DNA from: Vicugna vicugna
Lineage: Eukaryota
Assembly (NCBI GenBank): GCA_013265495.1
Contig: MU058000.1
Location: 620,001-684,000 of the forward strand
DNA length: 64,000 nucleotides
Direction of reading: 5' to 3'
Of this stretch, positions 42,095 through 56,187 are shown piece after piece. The position numbers and the translations under genes were made by a program. Below the pieces are notes generated by a model that was not told the origin of the DNA, ran no database searches, and saw nothing but the letters and a program-made list of their open reading frames with translations. Every line of letters begins with the position of its first letter. The stretch's first letter is position 1.

Positions 42095-43350
42095 CATATA
42101 AATTTTTTAGGATTATTTATTCTAGTTCTGGAAAGAAAGTCATGGGTATTTCGATAAGGAGTGCATTAAATTTGTAGTGCTTTGGATAATATGGCAATTT
42201 AGCAATATTAATTCTTCCAATCCAAGAGCATGTGATATCTTTCCATGTATTTGAATCATTTCAGTTTCCTTTATCAAGTGTTTTATAGTTTTAGCATATA
42301 AGTCTTTCACCTCCTTGGTTAAGTTTATTCCAAGGTATTTTATTTTTTGATGTGGTTTTAAATGGGATTGTTCTTTTTACTTTCTACTTCTGATATTTCA
42401 TAGTTAGTGTAAAGAAATGCAACAGATTTCTCTATATTAATCTTGCTACCTTGCTGAATTCATTTATTCGTCCTAACAGTTTTTGTATGGAGACTTTAGG
42501 ATTCTCTATATAGGGAAGTCACGTCATCTGTAAACAGTGACAGTTTTACCTCTTCACTTCCAGTTTAGATGTCTATTTCTTTTTGTTGTCTGATTGCTGT
42601 AGCTAGGACTTCCAATATTGCATTGAGTAGAAGTGGTGAGAGTGGGCATCCTTGTCTTGTTGCTGAATTTAGGAGGAAAGCTTTCTGCTTTTCCTTGAGT
42701 ATTATGTTGGCTTTATCATAAATGGCTTTTATTATGTTAAGATATGACTGTTCCCTCTATACCCACTTTGGTAAGAGTTTTTATCATGAATGGATGTTGA
42801 ATTTTGTCACATGGTTTTTTTTGCATCTGTTGAGATGATATCGTATGGTTTCTGTCTTTCCTTTTGTTAATGTGGTACATCAAATTGATTTGCATATGCT
42901 GAACCACCCTTGCAACCCTGGAATGAATCCAACTTGATCATGCTGTATGATCCTTTTTATGTTTGCTAATATTTTTGTCGAGGATTTTTGATAACTCAAA
43001 GATAGTGACCTGTAATTGTCTTTTTTGGTAGTGTCTTTGGTTTTGATATGAGGGTGATGGTGGCTTCGTAGAATGAATTTGGGAGTGTTCCCTCCTCTTC
43101 AGTCTTTTAGAATAGTTTGAGAAGGATAGGTATGAGTTGTTGTTTGTATGTTTGTAGAATTCTCCAATGAAGCTGTCTGGTGCTGGACTTTTGTTTGCAG
43201 GGAGCTTTTTTATTATGGATTCTATTTCACTTCTACTGACGGGTCAGTTCAGATTACATTTCTTCTTGATTCAGTTTTAGCAGGCTGTTAGTTTCTAGAA
43301 ATTTGTCCATTTCTTCTAGATTGTCCAATTTGTTGGTATATGACTATTCA
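42095..43350 (-). mobile_element. Decayed L1 ORF2 fragment
   Basis: Collinear with the L1 copies at 6270-7560 and 48460-51000 (e.g. gctaggacttccaata, gagtgggcatccttgtcttg). Confidence 0.9.
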
Positions 43351-43519
43351 TAGAGTTGAATCTAAACAAGAAAGTATATTTAAATAAGTCTAGCTCTGTT
43401 CCTGTCCTCTTCACATTATTTTCTCCTTATGCTTATAGATAACTCTCTTTTTTAAAAAAATGATGGTTTATCTTTCCTTTTCTAAGTTTTAATGTGAACT
43501 TGCATGTGTACACATTTTT

Positions 43520-43686
43520 ATAGGAAAGAATGGGTTCTCCCTTAGAGCCTCTAGAGGGAGTATGACTTTTCCAGCATCTTTATTTTGGACTTTGGCCTCC
43601 AGAACTGTGAGAGAATAAATTTCTGTTGTTTTTAAGCCACCAAGTTTGTGGTTATTTATTAAAGAAGCCTCAGGAAAGTAATACAG
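43520..43686 (+). mobile_element. MaLR (MLT1-like) LTR 3' part
   Basis: ggcctccagaactgtgagagaataaatttctgttgtttttaagccacc...taataca. Confidence 0.8.
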
Positions 43687-46600
43687 TAGATAAGAAGAAG
43701 TTGCTCTTTAAAGAAGTATTGCTGCTAGTAAGTGAATAAGGAATGATAGAATATCACCATTTTGCAACCTCTGATGAGTTAAGAGATGGAGATATTAAGC
43801 ACTGACATCTGTGAATATCATAAAAAGGAAAATACCCAGATACTATGAGCCTCCTGATGAACATGCTATCACCTATAAGTTAGTCCTAGCCTCACCCCCA
43901 CTAGCCCAAAATAGGAACCCTGAATGTGATCAAGCTTCTAAATCCAACTAACAATCTTCAAAAATTACAGAGGATGATGGGACATTTTAAACTATGTATA
44001 AGGCATGCAGTCGTCAAAATCCAGACCCGCGGAGCTGTTGGACAAATAATGCAATTTCTTCAACAAATAAATTCAGAGAGGAACCTACAGATTAAAAGAC
44101 ACTTAAAGACATATCAACCAGTCATAATATGTAGAACTTATTTGGATCCTAATTCAAATAAACTGTAAAAGAAATATGACAATTATGACAGTTGGAAATT
44201 CAAACACATACTGGAATAAAACAAAATTTTCCATTAAAAATAAACCTAAACCTAGTTAATCCTTATTTATAATCAGTAATGGTTCTTTATCCATACAGCT
44301 TCCTTTCAGTTGAAAGGTGGTTGGTATTCCCAAGAAGGCCTGGTATTGTGTTATATATGTAATTAATATTAAACACTGCATTTAATTACATGGGTTTCCT
44401 CTTTCTCTAATTCTTGGATTTCAGCTACGTATGCCTTATCTTGATTCACACTTTGGATAGCTGTGATCTGGGACAGTTAAAAGTGGTGGAAAATAAAGTG
44501 TTTTTTTCAGTTGTTTCTATAAAAATATTCTTCTAATGGCCAACTTATCTTTGCTTTTTCTGCCAACTTATCTTCTTAACTTATGTATCTTCAACTTGGT
44601 AGAGACTTCTAATATGACAGATAATTCTACATAGGCAATTTTATAGTGAAAGACATCATAGCAGGTAAATTAAATCTGTAGTTAATCTTAAAGCTATGTC
44701 TTAGAGAATCACTACTAAAACTAGAACTAGATGGGCCAGTTTCAGTTCTTCTCCAGAACCTACCTTCCTCTAATAGTAGAAGTAGTTAAAATTATAAAAG
44801 GGGAGGTGACAGAAAGATTATTGTAGATTCCAGATCACAATGGAAGTAAGGAATTTGCATAAACACCAAGGGCTGCTCTTTCTTTTAACAGGGGTTTCTG
44901 GGAGAAAAATCAAAGGGTACAGTTCAAGTACCTTCTTGCAAACAAGGGTCTGGGTTAATGTTATAGGATGGTTTGTCTAAGGAGAGTTGGCAGAAAGAAA
45001 GGATTTTAAACAGGAAAAATGGAGATTAAAAAAAAAGATGATAAATTTGCCATTTTATGTTCCTTGCCAAGTTGAGAAGCAATAATAATAATGGATTTAC
45101 TCTAAAGGATTTAGTCACATGGTACTTCCTTTAAAGTTAGTAACAGTTCCATGAGGTAAGTAATAGTAACCCTTTGTTATGGTTAGGAAACAGGTTAAGC
45201 AGTGACTTGCCTGAGCTCATATTGCTATACACTTGTGAAATTTTAGAGGTGCAAGTTTAAGGCTCTTTCCAAGTGTCTTAAAAATAAGAAGTTATTAATC
45301 TAGAAGAATGTGAAGATTTTGAATCAAATTACATTGCTCCTTAAGTTTGTCAAATATATGCTAATTATATAATGTATAAAACTTCATTTGGGAAAAGAAA
45401 CTTGATAGCATATACAAAATTGAGACTTGAAACGAAGATTTTGCCCCAATAAACTCTAAGTGCCTTTGTAAGAGCATCATCAAGAAGCATTTATTAAACC
45501 GCTTAAATAACTGATTTCTCTGTTTCTGCATTAGTTGAAAATCACCCATTTCCCATTCCAAATAGCACCTACTCAATTATTGAATATGGCAGGAATGGTC
45601 ATTTTCTAGCAAGAGTCTCTGTAATCAAAATATTTTTGTCTAACTTTATAATTATATTAGAAATGCTTTCATAAAACAGGAAAGTGGACCATTTTTACTG
45701 ATAGAACATTGGGGAAAGGAAGTCTTTCTGTTTTACCTAGTGAGCCAATGGTATAACTGCCATTGTATAGGTAGAAAAATAAATTGGGCCTGTGCCAAGG
45801 TCATTGCACAATAAATTAGAAGAGGCAGTTGTATATTGACAGGGATAGCGGTATAGCAGTAACCCAGAGCATGAGCTTTGTAATCACAGTCCATGATGTT
45901 TGTCCTTGTCCCAACCATAGGCAAGTTACCTCATCTGGGTAGTGGCAGTTAGTAGCATTATTTAGAGGGTCTTGTGAGTATTGAGCAATAATCCATGTAG
46001 AGCCACTTAGCTCAATGATTGGCACAAAGTAGGTCCTCAGTAAAGGTTAGTGACCAGAACAACAATAATAATATTGATGGTACTGAAAATTAAGTAGGTT
46101 CTGTTTTGTCTTTGTCTAGATCATGTTGAGCAGTGGCATGGAGCAAAAAATTAGGAATCAGAACACACTTCTGCATTGAGTTCACCAATTAAGTGAACTC
46201 ATATCTCTTTTGAACCTCTAACTTTTCTCTATCTGTAAAATTAGAATCAAAGAAAGCAATTGCAAGTTTGAGATACAACACATACTGCACTCTAGATTAG
46301 TACATTTTTCATTGATTCTTTGAAGATAGATCATTTGAATAACTGATTTCTCTGTTTCTACATCAGTTGAAAATCATCACTTTCCTGAAATGACTCAGAT
46401 TGCTTAAAACTAGAAGCTTTATATAAATCTCTAGTCAAGAGAGAGAATTGCTCATTTGTGAAGTGTGGAATGCATTACCATTCCTCAATAAATCTCAAAA
46501 TGATAGATTTTCAGGCTTCAGATATATTGTTGTGTGTGATAAAAATCAGTACTATTATGTGGCCACAGGATGGCAAAATACACCTGAGCTCAGGTAGAGT

Positions 46601-48104
46601 ACAAGACTAGGAAACCACAATCCCTACAGTGGTGTTTCATTTCTTTTTCATGTATTTTATTGCCTCTTGAGTAATATTTCTCACTAACAATGGTTTTATT
46701 TTCAAAGGATAGAATTCATCACTTATTTGTCTCTTAATTCTAATTTTAACAAATGACAACACAATGAAGTCCAATTCCCTTCTTTCTCTCTCCCCTTTTC
46801 CCTTAACATACTTTCCTTTCTCCCTCCCTCTTCTCTTTTCATAATCTCCCTTTTTTCCTTTGCTTTTATTTTTCTTTTCTAATACGATAGTTACAAAATA
46901 CCAAAAACATAGCCTCTGTTCAATGACCTTGATGTATTGTCATCCTTCCAATATTGGCTTAAAAAAATTAAACCAGAATTTCTGTCTGACTTTTTAAAAA
47001 TGTGATTGGATAATAATTATCAAATGCAAACCATTTTCAAAATCTCATTGTGTTCTTAGTCTCCATACTTAGTCATCTCAATTTTAACCTTAGCCAATCA
47101 TAACATTTAAAAAATATTTTATTGTGGGGGAACAATAAAACAAAAGTTAAATTATTAAAAGCAATCAAATAAAAATAATGTAAAATTAAAAAATGAAACT
47201 CCTATATTCCCATCTCTGCTCACGCCTTACATTTACACCTGTGTTTTTTCCTATGCTTACAAGACATCTAGGTAAGTAAATAGAAAAATGGACTCATGTT
47301 TTAAATTTTATATGCAACTTAGCTTTTTTCATAGACTCAGTCTACCACAGACCTCTTTCTAGACTAGTAAATTTCAAGCTGTCTCAGGTGTTTTTAAAGG
47401 CTACCTGGAATTTCATAGTGTAAGTAAACAGTAATTTATTTCCTTGAAGGTGTGGTTAGGCTATTTCTTTTTCTGCTATTTCAAACACAGTTGCAATAAT
47501 ATTTCTTGTGTGTGCCCCTTTATGTACTTTTGTTATCATCTTCGTGGCATAGATTATTAGAAGTGGAGTTGATGAGTCTTAGGATTTCCACCTGTTAAGT
47601 ATTAATCCATAGTCACAAGTCACCCACGCAATAGGTTGTTCCTGCTCTTTGACTTTTTAAAGGTCCTGTGTAACTGTCTTATAGAATTGCCTTTCTCATT
47701 CATCCAGAAAAAGAAGTTTTTTGTCTTTTAAGATTTGTTTCTGTATCTTTTTTCATACTACACACTTACAGTGTCTTTCTCCATGTATCTTTTTTTTCTT
47801 CTCCATGTATCTTTATCCTTTCTTCCTTTCTAGAGAAATCAGCTCTTAAAACTTAATTCCTTCTGTCATTTCCCCATCATTATTTCTCTATCATCTTTTT
47901 TTAATCATTTGGAAAGTAATACTATTTGATATGATACTTGTATATTTTGTTTCAACATATATTTTAAAGGGAAAATTAGGCAAGCATTTTCCCAATGTTC
48001 TTTATTCTGGTACTTATTTTTCTTTCATATGAAGAGAAAGACTAAAACTGTCCCTAATTCCAAGGCCTGGAAATACTGTCTTTCCTAAATTTTGTACGTA
48101 ATCT

Positions 48105-51100
48105 CCTTTTTTCCACTTTGAGTTTATTTTTGTATATGGTGTTAGAGAATGTTCATATTTAATTGTTTTACATGTACCTGTCCCTGTCCAGTTTTACCAA
48201 TACCACTTGTCAAAGAGACTGTCTTTTCTCCATTGTGCATTCTTGCCTCCTTTGTCATAGATTAATTGACCGTAAGTGTGTGCGTTTATTTCTGGGCTCT
48301 CTGTTCTGCTCCATTGATCTGTGTGTCTGTTTTTGTGCCACTACCATAATGTTTTGATTACTGTAGCTTTGTAATATAGATTGAAATCAGGGAACATGAT
48401 TCCTCTAGCTCTGTTCCTTCTCAAGATTGTTTTGGCTATTCAGAGTCTTTTGTGTTTCCATACAAATTTTAAAATTATTTGTTCTACTTCTGTGAAAAAT
48501 GCATTTGGTATTTTAATAGGGATTGCATTGAATCTGTAGATTGCCTTCGGTAGTGTGGTCGTTTTAACAATATTAATTCTTCCAGTCCAAGAACATGGTA
48601 TATCTTTCCACCTCAATGTGTCATCTTTAATTTCTTTCATCAGTGTATTATAGTTTTCAGAGTACAGGTCCTTTGCCTCCTTAGGTAGTTTTATTCCTAA
48701 GTATTTTATTCTTTTTGATGTGATGGTGAATGGGATTATTTCCTGAATTTCTCTTTCTGACAGTTCATTGTTAGTGTATAGAAATGCAACAGATTTATGT
48801 GTATTAATTTCGTGTCCTGTAACTTTGCTGAATTCATTGATGAGTTCTAGTAGTTTTCTGGTGACATCTTTAGGATTTTCTGTATATAGTATCATGCATC
48901 CTTCTTCCTTTTTTTCTTTTAAACATTTTTTTATTGAGTTATAGTCATTTTACAATGTTATGTCAAATTCCAGTATAGAGCACAATTTTTCAGTTATATA
49001 TGAACATACATACATTCATTGTCATATTCTCTTTCACTGTGAGCCACCACAAGATCCCATATATATTTCCCTGTGCTACACAGTATAATCTTGTTTATCT
49101 ATTCTACATTCTGAAATCCCAGTCTGTCCCTTCCCACCCCCTGTCACCCTGGCAACCGCAAGTTTGTATTCTATGTCTATGAGTATGTTTCTGTTTTGTA
49201 TTTATGGGTTTTTTTTTTTTTTTTTATTTTTTCCATTTGGGGACTTTTATTGTTTTTTTTTTTTATTACTTCACTTAGAATGACATTCTCCAGGAACATC
49301 CATGTTGTCGCAAATGGCGTTATGTTGTCAGTTTTTATGGCTGAATAGTATTCCATTGTATAAATATACCACATCTTCTTTATCCAGTCATCTGTTGATG
49401 ACCATCTAGGCTGTTTCCATATCTTGGCTATTGTAAATAGTGCTGCTATGAACATTGGGGTTCAGGTGTCATTTTGAAGTAGGGTTCCTTCTGGATGTTT
49501 GCCCAGGAGTCGGGTGACTGGCTCATACGGTAAGTCTATTCCTAGTCTTTTGAGGAATCTCCATACTGTTTTCCACAGTGTCTGCACCAAACTGCATTCC
49601 CTTTTCTCCACAGCCTCTCCAGCATTTGTCATTTGTGGATTTTTGAATGATGGCCATTCTGACTGGTGTGAGGTGATACTTCATTGTAGTTTTGATTTGC
49701 ATTTCTCTGATAATTAGTGATATTGAGCATTTTTTCATGTGCCTATTGATCATTTGTATTTCTTCCTTGGAGAATTGCTTGTTTAGGTCTTCTCATTTTT
49801 GGATTGGGTTGTTAGGTTGTTTCTTATTAAGTTGTATGAGCTGCTTATATATTCTGGAGATCAAGCCTTTGTCAGTTTCATTTGCAAAACTTTTCTCCCA
49901 TTCCATAGGTTGTCTTTTTGTTTTACTTATGGTTTCCTTTGCTGTGCAGAAGCTTGTAAGTTTCATTAGGTCCCATTTGTTTATTCTCGCTTTTATTTCT
50001 TCTAGGAGAAAATTTTTGAGATGTATGTCAGATAATGTTTTGCCTATATTTTCCTCTAGGAGGTTTATTGTATCTTGTCTTATGTTTAAGTCTTTGATCC
50101 ATTTTGAGTTGATTTTTTTGTATGGTGTAAGGGAGTGTTCTGGCTTCATTGATCTACATGCTGCTGTCCAGTTTTCCCAACACCATTTGCTGAAGAGACA
50201 CTTCTTCCTTTCTAATTTGGATTCCTTTTATTTCTTTTTCTTGTCTGATTGCTGTGGTTCCAAAAACTATGTTGAATAAAAGTGGCAACAGTGGGCATCT
50301 TTGTCTTGCTCCGGACCTTAGAGGAAATCCTTTCAACTTTTCACCATTGAGTAGTTAGCTGTGGGTTTGTCATATATAGCCTTTACTATGTTGAGATGTG
50401 TTCCCTCTGTACCCACTTTTTGTAGAGCTTTTATTATAAATGGATGTTGAATTTTGTCAGAAACTTTTTCTGCATGTGTTGAGATGATCATATGGTTTTT
50501 ATTCTTCAGTTTCTTAACGTGCTCTATCACATTGATTGATTTGTGGATATTGAAAAACCCTTACAATCCCTGGGATAAATCACACTTGATTATGTTGTAT
50601 GATCCTTTTAATGTATTGTTGGATTCAGTTTGCTAATGTTTTGTTGAGGATTTTTGCATCTATATTTATTCATCAGTGATATTGGCCTGTAATTTTCTTT
50701 TACTGTGATATCTTTGTCTGGTTTGGGTTTCAGAGTGATGCTGGCTTCATAGAATTTCAAAAGTGTTCCTTCCTCAGCAATTTTTTGGAATAGTTTCAGA
50801 AGGATAGGTGTTATCTCTTCTCTAAATGCTGGTAGAATTCACCTGTGGACTTCTGTTTTGGGGGAGTTTTTAAATTACTTACTCAATTTCATTACTGGTA
50901 ATTAGTCAGATCATATTTTCTATTTCTTTCTGGTTCAGTCTTGGGAGATTGTACATTTCTAAGGATTTTCACATTTCTTCTGATTTGTCCATTTTATTGG
51001 CATTTCATTGTTTTTAGTAGTTGCTTATGATCCTTTGTATTTCTGTAGTGTCAGTTATAACTTCCTTTTCATTTCTGATTTTATTGATTTGGGCCTTCTC

Positions 51101-52020
51101 CCTTTTTTTCTTGATGAGTCTGGCTAAAGTTTTATTGACTTTATTTATCTTTTCAAAGAACTAGCTTTTAGTTTTATTGTTTTTTTTTCTTTAGTCTCTA
51201 TTTATTTTTGCTCTGATCTTTATGATTCTTTTCTTCTACTAGGCTTTGGACTTGTTTGCTCTTCAGCTTAAACTTCCATCTTAGAACTACTTTTACCAGG
51301 TCCCGTAGGTTTTGGATCATCATGTTTTCATTTTCATTTGTCTCTGGATGTTTTTTGATTTCCTCAGTGATCCATTGGTTGTTTAGTAGTATATTCTTTA
51401 GCCTTCATATGTTTGTATTTTTTGCTTGTAATTGATCTGTAGTCTCATGACACTGTAGTCAGAAAAGATGCTTGAACACAACATCATAAACTAACCATAC
51501 TTCAATTTAAAAGATTTTTAAAATATATTACACAATTTAAAAAAGAGAAAGAAAGAAAATGTGCTTGATATGATTTCAGTTTTCTTAAATTTACCAAGGC
51601 TTTTTTTGTGTGTGTGGCCTAGCATGTGATCTATCCTGGAGAATGTTCCACATGCACTTGAAAAGAATGTGTATTCTGCTGCTTTCGGATGGAATGTTCT
51701 ATGTATATCAGTTCATTGCATCTGATATATCACTTAAGGCCAGTATTTCCTTATTGATTTTCTGTCTGGATGACCTGTCCATTGATGTAAGTGGGGTGTT
51801 GAAAGTCCCCTACTATTACTGTGTTATTGTCGATTTCTCCGTTTATTTGCTTCATATATTTACATGATCCTATGTTGGATGCATGTGTATTTACAATTGT
51901 TATATCGTCTTCCTGGATTGATCCCTAGATCATTATTTGGCATCCTTTTTTGTCTCTTGTAACAGACTTTATTTTAAAGTCTATTTTGTCTGATTGAAGT
52001 ATTGCTACCCCAGTTTTCTT
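48105..52020 (-). mobile_element. Composite L1: older L1 ORF2 carrying two nested younger insertions
   Basis: ORFs 48440..48895, 49523..49753, 49793..50149 and 50333..50530 are L1 ORF2 fragments; internal TSDs at 48901/50201 and 51461/51554. Confidence 0.92.
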
Positions 52021-53019
52021 GAGCGCTTGAAAGATAGGGATGGTGCTCAGCAAGTTGGGTACTTGTAATTGTTGGGCAAGCATATGACTGTAGGAATTAG
52101 CAGCCAAAGTGAGATAAGAGGGGAAAATTATCATAATTGAGGAGTAGAAGGAGCTAAGAGGCTTCAGCATTGGTTTGGTCAGACATCAGAAGGGCAACAG
52201 GAGCAGAGATAAAGAAGAAGATTGACAGCCAGGTGCTAAAATCTTCCGTGGAATGAAGGGAGACTTTGGAGTTCAGTGGGATGGTGGTATTTGGGGTTGC
52301 AGTGTCTGATAACTTGAACTTCAAAGGATCTAGGTTTTGAGAGAAAGAAATAGAGTAAGTTTTAGAGTTGCAATAGGAAGGAAGGAAGATAATGCTCTTA
52401 TCTCTCATCTTCAAGCCCAGAGGTTCATGGTATAAGAGAACAAATTGCACCGTTTTGAGAGGACTGTAGGGCAGGGGAGCCAGTGTCCTTAGGGCATAAG
52501 TGGGTTTCAGTCAGGGCATGAAAGTGCAGGGAAGGCTCAGGGAGGATATCATGGATAAAGAGTATTGATGACAAGTCATGAGTCTCAGAGGACACAGCAA
52601 GGATTCAGTGAGTTAGGGAGGAATGGGAGAGGGGCTTATATTCATGAATGAATTGGGGTGGTATGGTGAAAAGAGTTTGGACTTCTAGTGGTGCCTGAGG
52701 CAAATGGAAACATGAAGCATATTGGTATAGTGATCTGGAGGGACAGTTAGAGGAAGATCAGGAATTGGTTTAAGAAAGGAAGAAGGGTGACCCAGCACAC
52801 TTACAGCCAGTTGTGGTCTGGCAGCTGAAGGAATGAGTGAAGACATCTTCTGAGAATTTGGTGTCTCAGACAGTTTGCGATGATGAGACAGTCAAAGGGA
52901 GCCCAGAAACTCCAAGAACTCTGCTAACTTACATTATTTGAAGTGTCTGAGCCTCAGTTTATTTGTCAATAAAATGGGGACAATAATGCTACTTACATGA
53001 TAATTATGAAGATTAAATA

Positions 53020-53522
53020 TGTGTTAGATTGAATTAATGGCTCTAGTCCTTCACCCATTCCTATATGCACACCCTTTGCCTGTAACTCTGCAGTACAATA
53101 AATAGGTGGAGTCTGTTTTCCTACTCTTTTAGTCTGAGCCTGCCCATGTGACTAAACTTGGGCAGTAGAATTGGGTTGAAGTGATGGTGTGCCATTTCTA
53201 ACCTTAGGCCCCAAGAAGTCATATGTATTTCCACCTTTATTCTTACGCTGCTGCCTCTCCATGAAAATGTCATATCCAGGCAAGTTTGTTGGTTCCAAGA
53301 GGAGAATAAAAGGCACACAGAGCAGATCTGTCTTAGGTAAGATGCCGCAGCCAAGCCCAGCGTAGGACAGAGCTCCCAGCCAACACTTAGACCCATGAGA
53401 GAGCCCAGCCTAGGGTAGCCAGTCGTCAATAGAGCCACAGATGTGTGAGCTATAACAATAAAGAACCATTGTTTTAAGCCACTGAGGTTTGGAGTGGTTT
53501 GTTACACAGAAATAGATAACTG
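53020..53522 (+). mobile_element. MaLR (MLT1-like) LTR
   Basis: Ends ttgttttaagccactgaggtttggagtggtttgttacacagaaatagataactgata. Confidence 0.75.
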
Positions 53523-53589
53523 ATATAAAATATAAAGCATCAAATATAGTACATGGCAGTTGGAAATCAGTTAATGTCAGTGTTCCAGG

Positions 53590-54112
53590 TACTTTAGTTG
53601 TGTAACAAATTACCCTAGAACTTATTGCACTGAAACAGTCATTTATTATGCTCACTGATGATCAGGATCAGGAATTTGGACACAGTACAGCAGAAATGGT
53701 TTGTCTCTTCTCAGTACACCAGAAATGGTGCCTCAGCTGGAAGACTCAGTCTGAGGGCTGGAATCATCTGACTCTTCCTGTACTCATGTGTCTTGTTGTA
53801 CCAGCTGTGAGCTGAGACCTTAGCTGGGACTGTGAACTGGAACACCTGTATGTGGACTCTCCGTGTGTCCTGGGCATGTCCTCACAGCGTGGTAGCCGAG
53901 GTCCAAAGCTGAACTCTGGAAGTCAAATAGCATCCTAGCTTCCACTGTGCTTTTCTGGTTGGACTAGTCATAAGCTCACCATTCAAGCTCTAGATTCTAG
54001 GGCTGGGAAATAGATTCCACTATTTGGTGGAGGGTGGAAAGTTCTGGAAGAGCAAGTGGGACTGGAAGGGTGGCTATCCATTGCATTCATTTTGGGAAAA
54101 TATAATCTGCCA
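53590..54112 (-). mobile_element. Second MLT1-like LTR in opposite orientation
   Basis: tgtgtaacaaattaccctagaactta...catttattatgctcac...ggaaaatataatctgcca. Confidence 0.65.
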
Positions 54113-55170
54113 TGCTTAGTCATTTTTATTATTTCTGCTATCCTCATGGAATAGATACGCTGACTGTGTCTAAATTCACTATTTACAGTGAGTTCTGCCT
54201 ACTTTACTTACATAATTGTGTTCCCCCTCCTTGGTATGCACTTGCCCTCCATGCTGTGCCCTACTTTACCTTTTGAAGCAGTACCCTTTCCTTTATAAGC
54301 TGACTCAAAACATATCCCTTCTCCAAATCTTCCCCCCCCCCGATTGTAATAGCTCATTTGATTTCCTCCCTGAATTTCTAAAATCCATCATTTCAGCACA
54401 ACTTATTTAGCACTTGTTGTATATACCTTGCGTTGTACATTATCCTATGCATAATTCTTTTTGAGGGTAAGAATGACAATATCTTAAGTTTTAATGTACT
54501 TAAGTTGCTAAAACAAATTATTTTGCTAATCTTAAGAATTCCCTAAATGTTTATAGTTTCTGTTGATGATGGTGGACAAAAACATTCTGTGGTCTCATGG
54601 TAAATGCAAGTATGTTAAAGTAGACATAAAATATTTCTTGTTGTAAAACCACATTGCTGCATAGCATGTATAAGTATGGCACAGCCGCCGAAAGCCATTC
54701 TTAGAAGCATTTTGTGTGTGCTTGTTTAAAGTATGCACATCCCATTTTCCTAAAGTTTCAAGATTAAGGATGTGCTCATTCTCTGTAAGTCCTTCTACCA
54801 TCACTTCTTCATTGGCTTTGGTTTTCCATTTGTTGCTCCTCTTTTTTCCCTTCCAACCTTTATACATCTTTGTTGTGTCCTACAGGTTCACCGCCTTTGC
54901 TACCTTTTGCTGATAAGGGATTAAAGTGAAATTTTAACATATTCAGTTACTACTCCTGTATTTCCTTACATATATATTTATGTTTTTGTAAATTTGTGGC
55001 TTCAGATATTTTCATGTTTATGTTTAAAAAATGAATCTCCAGAAGCACATAATTTGGGTACCATCTGTGGAGCTGAGGATGCCATGTACTGTTGTGTTGT
55101 TTTTACATTGCGTAAAAGGAGTCTTCTAAGAAGTAGAGATGAAATCCAGTTCAATCTACTTGAAGCATCC

Positions 55171-55345
55171 TTTCTTTCTTTCTTTCTTTCTTTTTTTTTT
55201 TTTTTTTTATTTTCTTCCCAGGTTGGGGGGGGTGCTGTTGTGGTGGTAATTAGGTTTATTTATTTTTAGAGGAGATCCTGGGGATTGAACACAGGACCCT
55301 GTGCATGCTAAGCTTCTTCTCTACCAATTGAGCTATACCCTCCCC
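55171..55345 (-). mobile_element. Vic-1-like tRNA-derived SINE
   Basis: Minus strand reads GGGGAGGGTATAGCTCAATTGGTAGAG...GTGTTCAATCCCCAG...AATAAATAAACCTAATTACC plus an A-rich tail. Confidence 0.85.
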
Positions 55346-56187
55346 TACTCACAGTACTCCCTGTGTTCTTATATAGGGCTTTTCAGCCTAGAAAGCATGA
55401 TGCCCTTTTGTAATTCAAGTGAAGGTGGCAGATGTGCTGCTCTTGGCCCTTATGGCTATGAAAATCATCTTCTGAACTGGGTATTTCTGAAGAGCTGGAC
55501 CATGTCTCATTTACCTCTGTACCTTTTGAACTTAATAGAACACAGAGAGGGTGCTTCAAAACGTTTCTGGGAGGACTACTGTATTGATCAGCGGTTATTC
55601 TCGAAGAAGACAGAGTACTTTGAAGTTGTGTTCATCATTGCTGTCCCCTGGAACTGAGTTGACCCACTCACAACTTTCCTGTAGGTGGCAGAGTAGCACA
55701 CATAAGAGCTTGGACTCTGAAGTGAGAAACGTTCCACCACCTCTCAGCTTTGTAAGTCTCGGGCAAGTTAAATGGCCACTTTGTGCCTCCATTTTCTTAC
55801 CTGTAAAATGAGGACAGTAACAATGGCTACTTCCTAGAGCCGCTGTGAGGAGTAAATGAAGTAATGCATATGAAGCACCTAGCAGAGTGCTAGCCATTGA
55901 TGTTACTGTTGGGTAATGTAGAGGGAAGCACACTGAGCTAGCCAAGGGGTTTACAGGTTAAATGTTAATAAGCAAGTGAAGTGTGTTTGATGAGAGGTTT
56001 TATAGTGGGAAATATGTATTTATGTCTTATGTTTAGTTATAGAAATTGAATGTGTTAGGAGAGACTAGGTAAAAGGAGGGTCAGCAAATTACTGTGATGA
56101 TAATGATGATGCTTATTGTTCAGAAGGGCCAACTTTTAGAATTATTGTCTCCACATTTCTCAGGGCACATTAAAAATACTTCTAATC

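Noticed and set aside
48440..50530. Reverse-transcriptase-like ORFs as an active element or novel RT system
   Set aside because: Fragmented, frameshifted L1 ORF2 relics with no ORF1 or promoter
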